From positions 159,073 to 223,072 of the forward strand of contig CP144815.1 in the NCBI GenBank assembly GCA_036689405.1: a stretch of DNA of 64,000 nucleotides. The letters are read 5' to 3'. Below the pieces are notes generated by a model. The model searched no databases, had not been told where the DNA came from, and worked only from the letters and a program-made list of their open reading frames with translations. Positions 1 to 12,822 of this stretch are shown here, in pieces. Each line of letters begins with the position of its first letter. Positions within the stretch are counted from its first letter, which is position 1. A program made the position numbers and the translations under genes. The stretch is from Candidatus Stammera capleta. GTDB taxonomy: Bacteria > Pseudomonadota > Gammaproteobacteria > Enterobacterales > Enterobacteriaceae.

Positions 1-1583
1 GTTTAAATACTAAATTATATGTAAAAAACCCAATTAATAATAATAAAATACCATTATGAATAATAAATTTTGCAGAAGAATTATATAATACAAATGCTAT
101 ACTAATATATCCAAATAAAAATAAAAAATATGATAATTTTATAAAAAAATATAAATTTAAAAATAACAAAAATATAAAAAAAAATAAAAAAAATATAAAA
201 AAATATTTAATAAAAAATAAAATAGCAAAAAAAAAAATAATATTTAAATTAAAAGATTGAGTAATATCTAGACAAAGATATTGAGGTGTACCAATTCCAA
301 TAATAAAAAATATAAATAAAAAATATAAAACAATAGAAAAAAATAAATTACCTATTAAATTACCAAAAATAAAAAATAATAATTTTTCTATAAACTTTTT
401 AAAAAAAAATAAAAAATGAAAATATATAAAAATTAAAAATAAAATTTTTAAAAGAGAAACTGATACACTAGATACATTTATCGAATCATCTTGATATTAT
501 GCTAGATATACATCTCCTAAATATAAAAAAAATATATTTAATATAAAAAAAGCTAATTATTGATTACCTATAGATACATATATAGGTGGAATAGAACATG
601 CAACAATGCATTTAATTTATTTTAGATTTATGAATAAATTTTTTAAAAATATAGGATTATTAAAATATACTGAACCAGTAAAAAGATTAATTTGTCAAGG
701 AATAGTTTTATCTGATACTTATTATTATATTAATAATAATAATAAAAGAATATGAATATCACCTAATAATGTTAATAAAATATTAAAAAATAAAAAAATT
801 AAATTTTATTTAAAAAAAAAAAATATAAAATTAACTTATTATGGTATAAGTAAAATGTCAAAATCAAAAAATAATGGAATAAATCCAATAAATATAATTA
901 ATAAATATGGAGCAGATACATTAAGATTATTTATAATATTTTCTGCACCAATAGAAGAAAATCTATATTGAAATGAAAATAATATTAAAGGATGTTATAG
1001 ATTTTTAAATAAATTATGAAATTTAGTATTTAATTTTTCAAAAAAAAATATTAAATATGATAAAAAAAAAAAAATAAATATATATAAATACAATAAAATT
1101 ATATATTTTTTAAATAAAACTATAAAAGAAATAACATATATTATAGATAATAAAACAAATTTTAATACAATTATATCTAAAATAATGATTTTTTTAAATA
1201 TAATTAAAAAAAAAAAAATTAAAAATAAAAAATATTATAATTTAATTAAAAAATGTATAAATACTATTATTATAATATTAAACCCATTTTCCCCTCATAT
1301 TACATTTTATTTATGAAAAATAATGAAAAATAAAAAAAATATAGAAAATTATTCATGACCTAAAATAAAAAAAAAAATAAAAAATATTAAATATAATATT
1401 AATATAGCTTTACAAATAGATGGTAAAACTAAAAAAATAATAAATATAAAAAATAAATATAATAAATATAAAATTATAAAAAAAATAAAAAATAATAACA
1501 AATTAAATTATTTTTTAAAAAACAAAAATATTAAAAATATTATATATATAAAAAATAAAATTATAAATTTTGTAACAAAATAA
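1..1583 (+). CDS. leuS: Leucyl-tRNA synthetase, C-terminal ~527 codons (5' end upstream of window)
   Basis: The frame with codon starts at 3,6,9... was read codon by codon with TGA=Trp. It has no TAA/TAG until TAA 1581-1583. Motifs: KDWVISRQRYWGVPIP (from 252), [49 protein letters not shown] (KMSKS). Confidence 0.95.
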
Positions 1584-1585
1584 TT

Positions 1586-2341
1586 ATGAAAAAAATATAT
1601 TTTTATAAAATAAAAAATACAAATATAAATAAAAAATATAAAATTTTTTTTATAATAGGAAATAATCATATAGATAAACAAAATTGTAAAATATATATAA
1701 AAAAAAAAATATTATTATTTATAAAGAAAAATAGTATTATAAATATAATAATAGATAAAAAATATAATTGAAATAAATTTAAAAATATCTTAATAAAAAA
1801 AAATTTATTTTCAAAAAAAAAATTATTAATTGTAAATATAATAGAAAAAATAAACAAAATAGATAACTATATATTTAATTATATAATAAAAAATATAAAA
1901 AAAAATAATTATATTTATATAATAATAAATTATGATTTTAATTATTTAAATAAAATATATTTTAAAAAAAAAAATATATTAATTATAATATGTAATACAA
2001 ACAATATAAATAATAAAAATAATATTTTTTATTATAAATATATTAATTATAATTATATTAAAAATATAATTCTATTAATTTATAAAAAAAAGATAGAAAA
2101 AATATTATATATAATAGATAAAATTAAAAATGAAAATCATATTAAAATAATATTATTAAATATATTATTTAAATATTTTATAAAAAATTTATATAAATAT
2201 AAAAATATCGAAATTAAAAAAATATTAAATTTAATTAAAAAAAATGAAATAAATATTAAAAATCATACAAATATTGATTGAATTAATTTAAAAATATTAT
2301 TATTAATAATAATGAATAAAAATATATTATATATATACTAA
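1586..2341 (+). CDS. holA: DNA polymerase III delta subunit (short, ~251 codons)
   Basis: ATG 1586 lies 2 nt after the leuS stop, and the frame is open (TGA=Trp at 1769-1771) to TAA 2339-2341. It sits where holA follows leuS in E. coli (lptE missing). Similarity is weak but positionally matched: FFIIGNN ~ LLLGND, and IIIDKKYNWNKF..LFSKKKLLIV ~ SIDPNTDWNAIF..LFASRQTLLLL. Confidence 0.6.
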
Positions 2342-2344
2342 TAT

Positions 2345-4222
2345 TTAAAAATAAATTAATTTATTAATAATATTATTATATTTTTTATTTTTTCTACTTA
2401 TACTATTTAAAAATATATTTTTATTAGAATAAATAGTAACTTTTTTTTTAGCTCTAGTAATAGCAGTATATAATATTTCTTTACTTAATAAATAAGAAAA
2501 ATAATTTGGTAAAATTAATAAAATATGATCAAATTCAGATCCTTGAGATTTATGTACAGTAATTACTCAAGTTAATTTTCAATTAATAAAATTATTAAAA
2601 TAAATAATTTTACAATCATTATTAAAATTAGAAAATAAAATTTTTATTATATTATTATTATAAATAATAAATCCTATATCTCCATTAAATATATTTAAAT
2701 CATTATTATTTTTAGTAATAATAATAGGTTGACCAACATAATAAATTTTATTTTTTTTAAATATATATTTTTTTATATATTTATTTAAAAATAAATTATT
2801 AATATACTTATTTAAGTAATTAGTACCTAATTTTGAATTTTTAATTAAAGAAATAATTTGAAATTTATTAAAATAATATAATAATTTATTATATTTCATA
2901 TTTTTATTATTTAAATAATTAATATAATATTTATATTTTCTTAAACATAAATTAATTAAAAAATTATAATCAAATTTATCTGAATCATAAAAATTTATAT
3001 TACAATTAAAATTATTTTTAATAATAAATTCATCAATTTTATTATAATTACCACAATTTATTAAATTAGAAAATATATTTAAATATTTATTTTTTTTAAA
3101 TCTATAATTTTTTAATAAAAATGATACATTATTATTTAATTTATTAATATTTATAAAAAAATTATAAAAATTAAATTTTCTTTTAAATAAAAATTTTAAT
3201 AATTTTTTTTTTTTTTTAAACAAAGAATAATTATAATTACATATTTTATTTAATAATGAACAAGATTCTATAGGCCCTATTTGATTACTATCACCTATAA
3301 ATATTATTTTTAAAAATTTTTTTTTTAATAAAATAAAAATATAATATAATGTAACTACATCTATCATAGAAAATTCATCTATTATTAAAATACTAAACTT
3401 TAAATCATCATATTCTTTAATATTTACTTCATTAAAATTTAAATTATAATTTAACAATTTATGTATTGTTATTGCTTTATTAGGTAAATTAATATAATAT
3501 TCTTTTTTAATATTTAATAATTTATAATTTTTTTTTAATATATTAGTTAAATTAGAAGAAGATTTTCCAGTAAAAGAAACTATTTTAATAAAATCTTTAT
3601 CTTTTATTTTATATATTTTATATAAAAAAATAATTAATTTAATAATAAGAGTAGTTTTACCAGTTCCTGGTAAACCAGAAATAAAAGATATTTTATTAAA
3701 AAAAACATTAAATGTACAAATTTTTTCATATACATTAAAACAAAATTTTTTAAAATATTTAAATATATAAATAATACTTTTACGTTTTATATTTTCTTCT
3801 TTATTTAAATTTTTTTTTAAAAAATTAACTATATAATTTTCATAAATTCAAAATTTATATAAATAAATATAATCCTTATACAGTATAAAAGGAGTTATAT
3901 TATTTTTATAATATCAACTTATACAATTATATTTAAATAAAATATTTACACTATCATATATATTTATATATTTATTAAAAAAATATATTAAAAAATTATA
4001 TATATATTTAGTAAATATATCTTTACTTAAAATTTTAAAAATCGGAAGACATATATGTCCTAATCTACTAGATAAACTAATTAAAAAACTAAATAACATA
4101 ATAACAGAATAATCAAAATTATTTTTCTTAAAATAAAATTTAGAAAAATATATATCTAATAAATTAGCCTCTTTTTTTTTATAACATGATCATAAAAAAT
4201 TTTCTATTTCATTAAAATACAT
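2345..4222 (-). CDS. recD: Exodeoxyribonuclease V alpha subunit (RecD helicase)
   Basis: One frame runs from ATG 4222 to TAA (tta 2345-2347). It joins track ORFs 3914-4099 and 2579-3457. Gaps 3458-3913 and 2348-2581 were checked and contain only TGA interruptions. Motifs: RLGHICLP, PFILYKDYIYLYKFW, Walker A ISGLPGTGKTT, VHKSQGSEFDHILLILP, YTAITRAKKKV. Confidence 0.93.
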
Positions 4223-4234
4223 AATTAATATTTA

Positions 4235-7200
4235 TTATATTTTTAATAAATTATTTAATTTATAAATTAATTTTTTATTAGGTTTAATATACAAAATACC
4301 ATTATAAGATCTATAATTGTTTTCAATATATAAACCTCTTAAAAAAATATAATATATACCGCCAAAATTAATAGAATAATTATAATTTTTTACATTTAAA
4401 CTTAAATAATTATGTAAAGCTATAGAATATATATGATATTGAATATCATATCTTTTTAATATCATATTGTTTATAATATTTTCTTTATTATAATATAAAA
4501 TATTATTACCAAATCAACTTGATTTATAATCAACAATATAATATTTATTTTTATAAAAAAAAATTAAATCTATAATACCATTTAAATATCCTTTAATAAA
4601 ATTTTTTATATTTAAATTATCACATAAACATGAAATATCATCATATTTTTTTATAATATAATTAAATTTTAAAAAATTAATTTTTTTAATATATAAAATA
4701 AAATCAAATTCTTTTAATATATTATCACATTTAATATTTTTTAAACTTATATTTAATGGATATAAAACTACATTTAATAAATTAAATAATATTTTCTTTA
4801 TATTAAAAAAATATTTTTTTTTAATATTAAAATCATATATATATTTTAATAAAAAATTATTATCTATATCAATATTAAAATTTATTTTTTCCATAACTTT
4901 ATGAAAAAACAAGCCTAAATTTTTACCTTTAGGTAAATTTAAAAAAAATATATTATTATTTAAATTATTATTAATATTATTATTAGATAATATATTTTTT
5001 TTATTTAATAAAACAATTTTAGAATAATTAATTATTCTTTTTATATTTATAATATCTTTACATTTAAAATTATTCTTATGTAAAAAATATTTAATAATAT
5101 AAAAATTATTTTTTTTTATATAATTTATAATATTAATAAATTTAAAATTAATATATTTACATTTTCTAAAAATAAAAATTTTTTTATTGATCTCAGAAAA
5201 ATTAAATTTTCTATTATTACCTATAATTCTACCTATAGAACTAAAACAAAATTTAAAATTTTTATTAAATACTTTATATAAAACAATATTACAAATATAT
5301 ACAGATCTAGTAATAGATACATATAATAAACGCATTTCTTCAGAAATTAATTCTTCATTCATTAAATTATTATATTTTTTAAAATTCAAAAAATCTAAAT
5401 TAGTTCTACAATTTTTACGATTATGATATATATTATAATTATTATATTTATTTAAAAAAAATATAAAAGGCATTCAAACTATATTATACTGTAATCCTTT
5501 TGATTTATGAATAGTAGATATTTTAATTCCATCATCTTCATAAGAAAATGAACGTAAATAATATTCTTTATTATCATTATTATTATTATATATATCATTA
5601 ATCTTTTTATTTAATCAATTTAATAATAATAATTTATCATTAAATAAATAATATTTTTTTTGTAAAATTTCAGATATATGTAATATATTTACATTATATT
5701 GTTCATCTTTATAATTTAAAAAATTAGTTTTTATTTTATTTTTTAAAAAAGAATTTAATAAACAATAAATACCATTATTATTTCATATATTATCATAATT
5801 GTAAAAATCATTTATAACTTTTTCATATATAAAATCATCATTAATAATTTTATCTAAATTACTTAAATCATAATTAAATAAATTAGTAGATAAAGCATTA
5901 CGTATATTTAATTTAGAATTAGGAAAAATTATAGCTTTTAATAAAAAAAAAACTTCTTTAGCTTCTAAAGAATTAAAAATATTACTTTTATTTAATATAC
6001 AATTAACAGGTAAAAAAAACTTTTTTAAAACATCAAAAAAAATTTTTATTTCATAATTCTTATGTACTAATATACAGACATCAGAGGGAATTATTTTTCT
6101 TTTAAAATTATTATTTTTATATAAAAAAATATTATTAGAATTTAAAATTTTATATATTTTTATAGAACAAAATTTAGCTATTTTATATTTATAATTTAAA
6201 CTATTTAAATTATTTAATATAAAAAAATTAATACTATTAAATATTTTATTATTATTTTTAATAATTAAATTTTTATTTTTATAAGAAGGTAAAGTTAATA
6301 AATAATTAGCATCTTTAAAAATGAAAGGGTTATTTATTCTAGTAAATAAAAAATTTATACTTTTAACTAAGAAAAAAGAAGATCTTCAATTTATATTTAA
6401 AATATATAAAAAATCTATATTATTTTTAGATTTAATATAATTAAATATATTAGCACCTCTAAATGTATATATTGATTGTTTAGGATCACCTATAAATATT
6501 ATTTTAGTATTATTCAAAATATTATTTATATATATATTATTAAATATATTAAATTGTAAAAAATCTGTATCTTGAAATTCATCAATTAAAGATATAGGAA
6601 AATTATTTCTAATAATATTAATAAGTATATTATTTTTATCATTACTTAATATAAAATTTAATTTATTTATTAAATCATTAAAACTAATAAAATTATTTTT
6701 CTTTTTATAATAAAATATATTTTTTTTAATATATTTTAAACATTTAAATATAATAAAATTATATAAATCATTAATTCTAATATATAATTTTTCTATATAT
6801 AAAAAAATATTTTTAATATTTGAATTAAAATAAAATTTATATTTTATAATATATTTATATCTAAATTGTTTTAAACAATAAGGAATATAAAAATTAATAG
6901 TTTCCTTATTACACCATAAATTTATATTTTTAAATCAAATATCAATTATTTTTTTATTATATATATTATAAAAATTATTTAAATTAATAAAAAAAATATA
7001 AACTTTTTTATAATTTTTAATTCATATTCTTTTAAAATTATTAATATAAATAATAATTTTATTATAACAATCTTCTATAGAATTATATTTAATTACATTA
7101 ATAAACTTAAAATCTATAAAATTTAAAATAGGATATATAAAATTATATAATTTATCTGGATTAGATCAATAAGAAAAAACTATTTTACTTAAATTATAAG

Positions 7201-7714
7201 ACAAATTATAAAAATATTTACGTCAAAAAAATATTATTATTTTATAAACAAAATTATATTCATAATCTAAAATTTTTAAAGAACTATTAATATTTGAATT
7301 TAAAAAATAAGAAAATAAAATTTTTTTACAAAAACTATGTATAGTATATATAGAAAACATATCAATATTATTTTCATAATTTATTAATACATTTAATATA
7401 TTAGGAATATTTTTAATATATATAAATATTTTTTCTATATAATCATTAAAAAATATATTTTTTATAAAACAAATACGTAATTTTCTTATATTATCTAATA
7501 TTCTTTTTTTTATTTCCAAACACGCTAAATCAGTAAAAGTAACAACTAATATATTATTTATAGATAAATTTAAAAAATTACTTTCTATATTAATATTCAA
7601 TAAAAAACGTAAATATAATAATGATAAAATATTTGTTTTTCCAGTACCAGCTGAAGCTTCTATTAAATTAGATTTTCCTAAATATATATTTAAAAAATTT
7701 AAATTATCTATCAT
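4235..7714 (-). CDS. recB: Exodeoxyribonuclease V beta subunit (RecB helicase-nuclease)
   Basis: The gene runs from ATG 7714 to TAA (tta 4235-4237). Track ORFs 7223-7714, 4514-5473 and 4235-4465 share one frame. Gaps 5474-7222 and 4466-4513 were checked codon by codon and contain only TGA. Motifs: LIEASAGTGKT (motif I) and the C-terminal nuclease IVDYKSSW...RYDIQYHIYSIALHNYL...FGGIYYIFLRG. Confidence 0.93.
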
Positions 7715-7721
7715 ATTATGA

Positions 7722-10700
7722 TTAATATTTTCTATTATTAATTATTAAATTATTAAAAACTGGTAATAACCAATTTTCTATTTCAGATATTATAAATTCA
7801 ATATTTAAAAAATTATAATATTTTTTAATTACATAAGATATATAAATATCATCTATTTCCCCTTTAATAAAAAAATTTCCATACAAAGTATTAAATAATT
7901 TTTCTTTAGCTTTATTTAAACAATATTCATTTAAAATCTTTTTTTTATTAAAACCATAAGAAGAAAAAATTCATATATTAGATGATTTAGGTAAAAATAA
8001 TAATGGATAATTACAACCATTTAAATATGCATTTACATATTTATTAATATATTTTATACATATATTTTTATTTAAAGGTTTAAAACATCATATTCCATTA
8101 TATCCATATAAATAACTACAACTATTACCTTCAATATAACAATATATTAAATGATCTATTCAAAATAATAAAGCATCTATTAAATTTAATTTTTTAGGTA
8201 ATCATTTAAATAAACCAAATTTATCATATCTATATATATAACCTTTTATAAAAAAATTATTAAATTTAAAATTAATATTTATTCTATTTATTTTAAAATA
8301 ATATTTTTTAATATTATTAACTAGAAAAAAAATATTTTCTTTTTCTTTTTCTCATAATATATTACCTAAAAAACTTAATGGTAAAAAATTTAAATGTTGT
8401 AAATATAAAAAAATATTTTTATTATATTCATATTTTAATAAAATATTTATAATTTTATATCTAATTAAATAAATTCTTTTTATATTTAAATTAAAAAATT
8501 CATTTTTATTAATATAAATATCAGAAATAAAATAATTAATTTTATTAAAAAAATATAAAAAATATTTTATTGGATTTGTTCAAAAATTATGTAATTGTAT
8601 TAAATTAATAATATATTTACCTTTATATTTATTAAAATAATAATTCCTATTTACATAATTTAATATATTTAAATTATATTTTTCTTTAATTATTTTCTTT
8701 TTAATGTATATACTTTTTTTTTTATTTAATTTATAAAAATCAATTTTTTTTATAAATGTATCTATATAATTTTTAAAAAATATTAATAATATAGAAGGAA
8801 AACAAAAATTATTTTTTATAAAACAAAAATTAACATAACTAATATACAATATATTACAAAATAGAATTTTTTGTAAAAATAAATATTTATTATAACCTAT
8901 TTTATCACGATCACCTAATCTTGGATTAAAATTAATTAAATTAAAATCACAATAAACTTTATTTTTAAGAAATATATTTTCGTTCATTCCTATTAAACAT
9001 GTAATTTTAAAAAATAAAGATTCAGAATAAATAAATGAACAAAAATTTATACAATCTATAGAATAAATTTTTTTTTTATTTTTATATTTTAAAAAATTAA
9101 TTAAAATTTTTTTAAAAATATTTATATCTATATATTTATTAAATTTACATATATTATAATTTTCTAATATATTAATAAAATTTTTTTTATTTAAAAATAT
9201 ACTTTTATTAATATATTTTTTATAAAAAAAAACATTTATAAATTTTATACAAATAAAAACTCAATCATTAAATAAATATTTTTTATTCAAAATATCTTTT
9301 CAATATAATACTTTATAAATAAAATCACATATTTTTTCAATTAAATTATAATAAAAATTATTAGATAAAAAAGTATAAGGAATAATATTATTTCAAATAC
9401 AATATTCATTATTTATACAAAAACCTAATAATATTCTTCTTAAACTATTTATTCAAGTTAAATAATTAAATTTTTTATAATAAAACATATTATTTTTTAA
9501 ATTTATATTTAAACCTATATTTTTAATAATATATATTATTATTTTTAATTCCTCATAATTTATATTAAATTTTTTAAATATTATTTTTTTTTTTAAAAAA
9601 CATAATAATTCAGTAAAATTATATTCTAAATTTGATATATTTAATAAATTTAAAAATATATTTAATAATTCATTTTCATAAATATAATTATTATCTTCTA
9701 AAATTTTATACGGTAAATATTTTTTATATTTTAAATCAGAAAAAACAGAATTAATATACGAATAATATATATTAATATCAGTAACATTAACTATTATATC
9801 ATTTATATTATAATTTTTATTTATAATTAAATCTAACAAAAAATTTTTTAATTTTTTAACTTCTTCTAAATACCCACAAGATCTACTTATTACTATAGAA
9901 TTATCTTTATTTTTATAACTATATTTTTTATTAAAAACAATATCTTTAAAATTTAATATATTATATTTAATAATATTTAATTTATTATTATTATTAATAT
10001 TTAAAAAATAACTCACTTCTTTAATATTTAATTTTAATAATAATAATAAAGTTTCAGAAAAACTTTTTCCATAATTTAACAATAATGAATTATAATTATT
10101 TTTAATATTATAAAATTTATAAATAAAAGAATATTTTTTTTTTCTTTTCAAAAAAATATTTTTTTTATTATCAAAATAAAATTTTTCATATCAAAATTTA
10201 TATGATGGATTAAATAAAAAATAATAAACATTTCTATATTTAGATATTGAATATAAAATATCTAAATGAATAGGAGGTATAAATGATATATTAAATAAAC
10301 AAATATAATTAATTATATTTTTAGGGAAAATAAAATTTTTATTTTTTAATATTTTTAAAATTTTTATATAAATATCAGATTTATTTCACTTATATGAAAA
10401 ATTATTAATAAAATATTTTACTATTTTTCTTCATAATATAGATTGTCATTTTTGATGAATAAAATTATTAATATTTTTTATATATCTATAATTTTTTCAT
10501 TCATATAATCAATCTATTCTATACATTAAATATTCATCATATATATTAGAAATTTTAAAAGATAAATTAAATAATTTTTCATAATTATAATCATCTTTTA
10601 AATAATTTTTAATAAATAAAAACTCTTTTAAATCAATAACTTTAGGTAATATATTAAATATTACTCAAACTAAATTATATTTATTAAAATAATATTTTTT

Positions 10701-10949
10701 TGATATATCAGGTATAATATTTTTACAAAATTTTCATATAAAATCACCAACTAATAAAAAATTAAAGTTTGCACATATACCTAATTTTTCAGCTAAAAAA
10801 ATTTTTAAATTTAAAGATATATTTTTATTAGAAATTAATATAAATATTTTTGATAAAAAAATATTATTTATATTATTTTCTTTTTTTATAATAGATAATA
10901 TATTTCTTTTTAAAATATCTAAATTATTAGATTGATATAATGTAAACAT
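7722..10949 (-). CDS. recC: Exodeoxyribonuclease V gamma subunit (RecC)
   Basis: The gene runs from ATG 10949 to TAA (tta 7722-7724). Track ORFs 10734-10949, 9453-10151 and 8580-8987 share one frame. All gaps (7725-8579, 8988-9452, 10152-10733) were checked and contain only TGA. N-terminus MFTLYQSNNLDIL ~ E. coli MLRVYHSNRLDVL. It lies directly upstream of recB (ptrA absent). ~1075 codons. Confidence 0.88.
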
Positions 10950-11476
10950 ATATTTAAAAAAACAAATAATATATTTTTAATATAAATAAATTTATCCATA
11001 ATTATTGATAAAAATAATAAGAAAATACAAAAAAAATACTCATTTTTTTTATTAAAAAATAAAAAAAAAATAGGAATTCTAAATTTAAATTTATATGGTC
11101 ATAAAAAATTTATACCTTTATAAGTAAACATATCACATAAAATATGACTAAAATAACCTAAAAACATAATATATATTATGTTAGAATTAATATTTAAAAA
11201 AAAAAAATTTATATATAAAACAAATAAAACAAAAAAAATTAAACCAAATAAACTATGAGTAATAGTTCTATGTCCAAATAAATTATATATTATAATAGAA
11301 ATAAATTTTAATTTATTACCTAAAAAAGATTTAGGATGATCTATATCAGGTAATACACATGATAAAAAACAAAAAGGAATAATATATAATAAATATAAAA
11401 TATTAAATAAATTTAAAATTTTTAAAAAAAATATTATAAAAGATAAACAAAAAATTAAATGATTTTTTATACACAC
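10919..11476 (-). CDS. ydjM: YdjM/DUF457-family membrane-bound metal-dependent hydrolase
   Basis: Start is GTG 11476. Motifs: CVLPDIDHPKSFLG, FGHRTITHS, GYFSHILCDMFTYKGINFLWPYKFKFRIPI (E. coli: LLWPCRWRFRLPIL). The W is TGA at 11099-11101. Reading through it gives ~185 codons ending at TAG (cta 10919-10921), close to the ~196 of E. coli YdjM. The 3' end overlaps the recC start. Confidence 0.8.
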
Positions 11477-11490
11477 AAAAATTCCTTTAT

Positions 11491-11574
11491 AATATATAAT
11501 TATTATATATATATATGTAATATATACATATATATATATATATATTATATATTATATATATATAATATAATATT
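11491..11574. repeat. (TA)n-rich low-complexity tract in the divergent ydjM / thrS intergenic region
   Basis: This is nearly pure alternating TA with a few G/C interruptions (tatatatatgtaatatatacatatatatatatatatattatat...). It lies between two divergently transcribed genes, so it presumably carries both promoters. No specific -10/-35 can be singled out in this composition. Confidence 0.5.
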
Positions 11575-11609
11575 AATTTTAAAAAATACATATAATAAAT
11601 AATATAAAT

Positions 11610-12812
11610 ATGTTAAAAAATAGAGATCATAGAGTATTAAATAAAAATTTAAATTTATATCATATTAGTAATATATCTCCAGGAATGGTTTTCTGACATA
11701 ATAACGGATTAATACTTTTAGAAAATATTAAAAAAATAATAAGAAAAAAATTAAAAAAATACAAATATCAAGAAGTAAGTACAACATTTTTAATTGACAA
11801 AAATATGTGAATTAAAAGTGGTCATTGAAAAAATTATAAAAAATATATTTTTTATACAAAATATAAAAATAAAATATTATGTATAAAACCTATGAATTGC
11901 TTAGGACATATAGAAATATATAAACAAAAAATAAAATCCTATAAAGATTTACCAATTAGAATAGCAGAATTTGGAATATGTCATAGAAATGAAAATTCTG
12001 GATCTTTACATGGATTAATGAGAACAAAATTATTTACTCAAGATGATGCACATATATTTTGTATACCTAAAAAAATAGAAATAGAAGTATTAAAATGTAT
12101 TAAAATGATTTATGAAATATATAAAATATTTAATTTTAAAAATATAAATATATTTTTATCAACAAGACCAAAAAAATATTTAGGTAATAAAAAAATATGA
12201 AATATAATAGAAAAAAAAATTATTAAATTATTAAAAAAAATAAAAATAAAATTTAAAATTAAACATAAAGAAGGAGCTTTTTATGGTCCAAAAATAGAAT
12301 TTATTTTAAAAGATTTTTTAAATAGAGAATGACAATGTGGAACTATACAAATAGATTATTTTTTACCAAAAAAATTAAATATTACATATTTAAATAAAAG
12401 TAATAAAAAAAAAAATCCTATAATTATACATAGAGCAATTTTAGGTTCTTTAGAAAGATTTATAGGAATTATTATAGAAGAATATAATGGAAAATTACCT
12501 TTATGGTTAGCACCTATTAAAACAGTAGTAATAAATATTTCATTAAAAAATTTAAAATATTCAAAATATGTATTAAATAAATTAATAAAAAATAATATTA
12601 ATTCTATAGGAGATTTTGAAAATAAAAAAATAAATTTCAAAATAAGAAAATATATTTTACAAAAAATACCTTATATAATAATATGTGGTAATAAAGAAAA
12701 ATCATTAAAAAAAATAAGTGTAAGATATTATAAAAATAAAAATAATATATATATAATATCATTAAAAAAATTTATTAAAAAAATTATTTATAAAATAAAA
12801 AAATATAAATAA
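11610..12812 (+). CDS. thrS: Threonyl-tRNA synthetase, catalytic and anticodon-binding domains only (~400 codons)
   Basis: ATG 11610 gives [33 protein letters not shown], which aligns to E. coli ThrRS from about residue 241 (RDHRKIGKQLDLYH..PGMVFWHNDG). Further motifs: [53 protein letters not shown]. The upstream frame is closed by TAA 11580-11582. Stop is TAA 12810-12812. Confidence 0.93.
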
Positions 12813-12822
12813 GGATAAAACT

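Noticed and set aside
10992-11000. TTATCCATA, which is one mismatch from the DnaA box consensus TTATCCACA.
   Set aside because: It is a single isolated copy inside the ydjM coding sequence. No cluster of boxes and no adjacent DnaA-related genes are present. A match of this kind is expected by chance at this composition.
11491-11574. The (TA)n-rich tract between ydjM and thrS, considered as a CRISPR-like or other structured repeat element.
   Set aside because: There is no repeat-spacer periodicity and no unique spacers. It is simple dinucleotide low complexity in a divergent promoter gap. No CRISPR arrays, IS elements, integrases, phage genes or toxin-antitoxin-like pairs were seen anywhere in the window.
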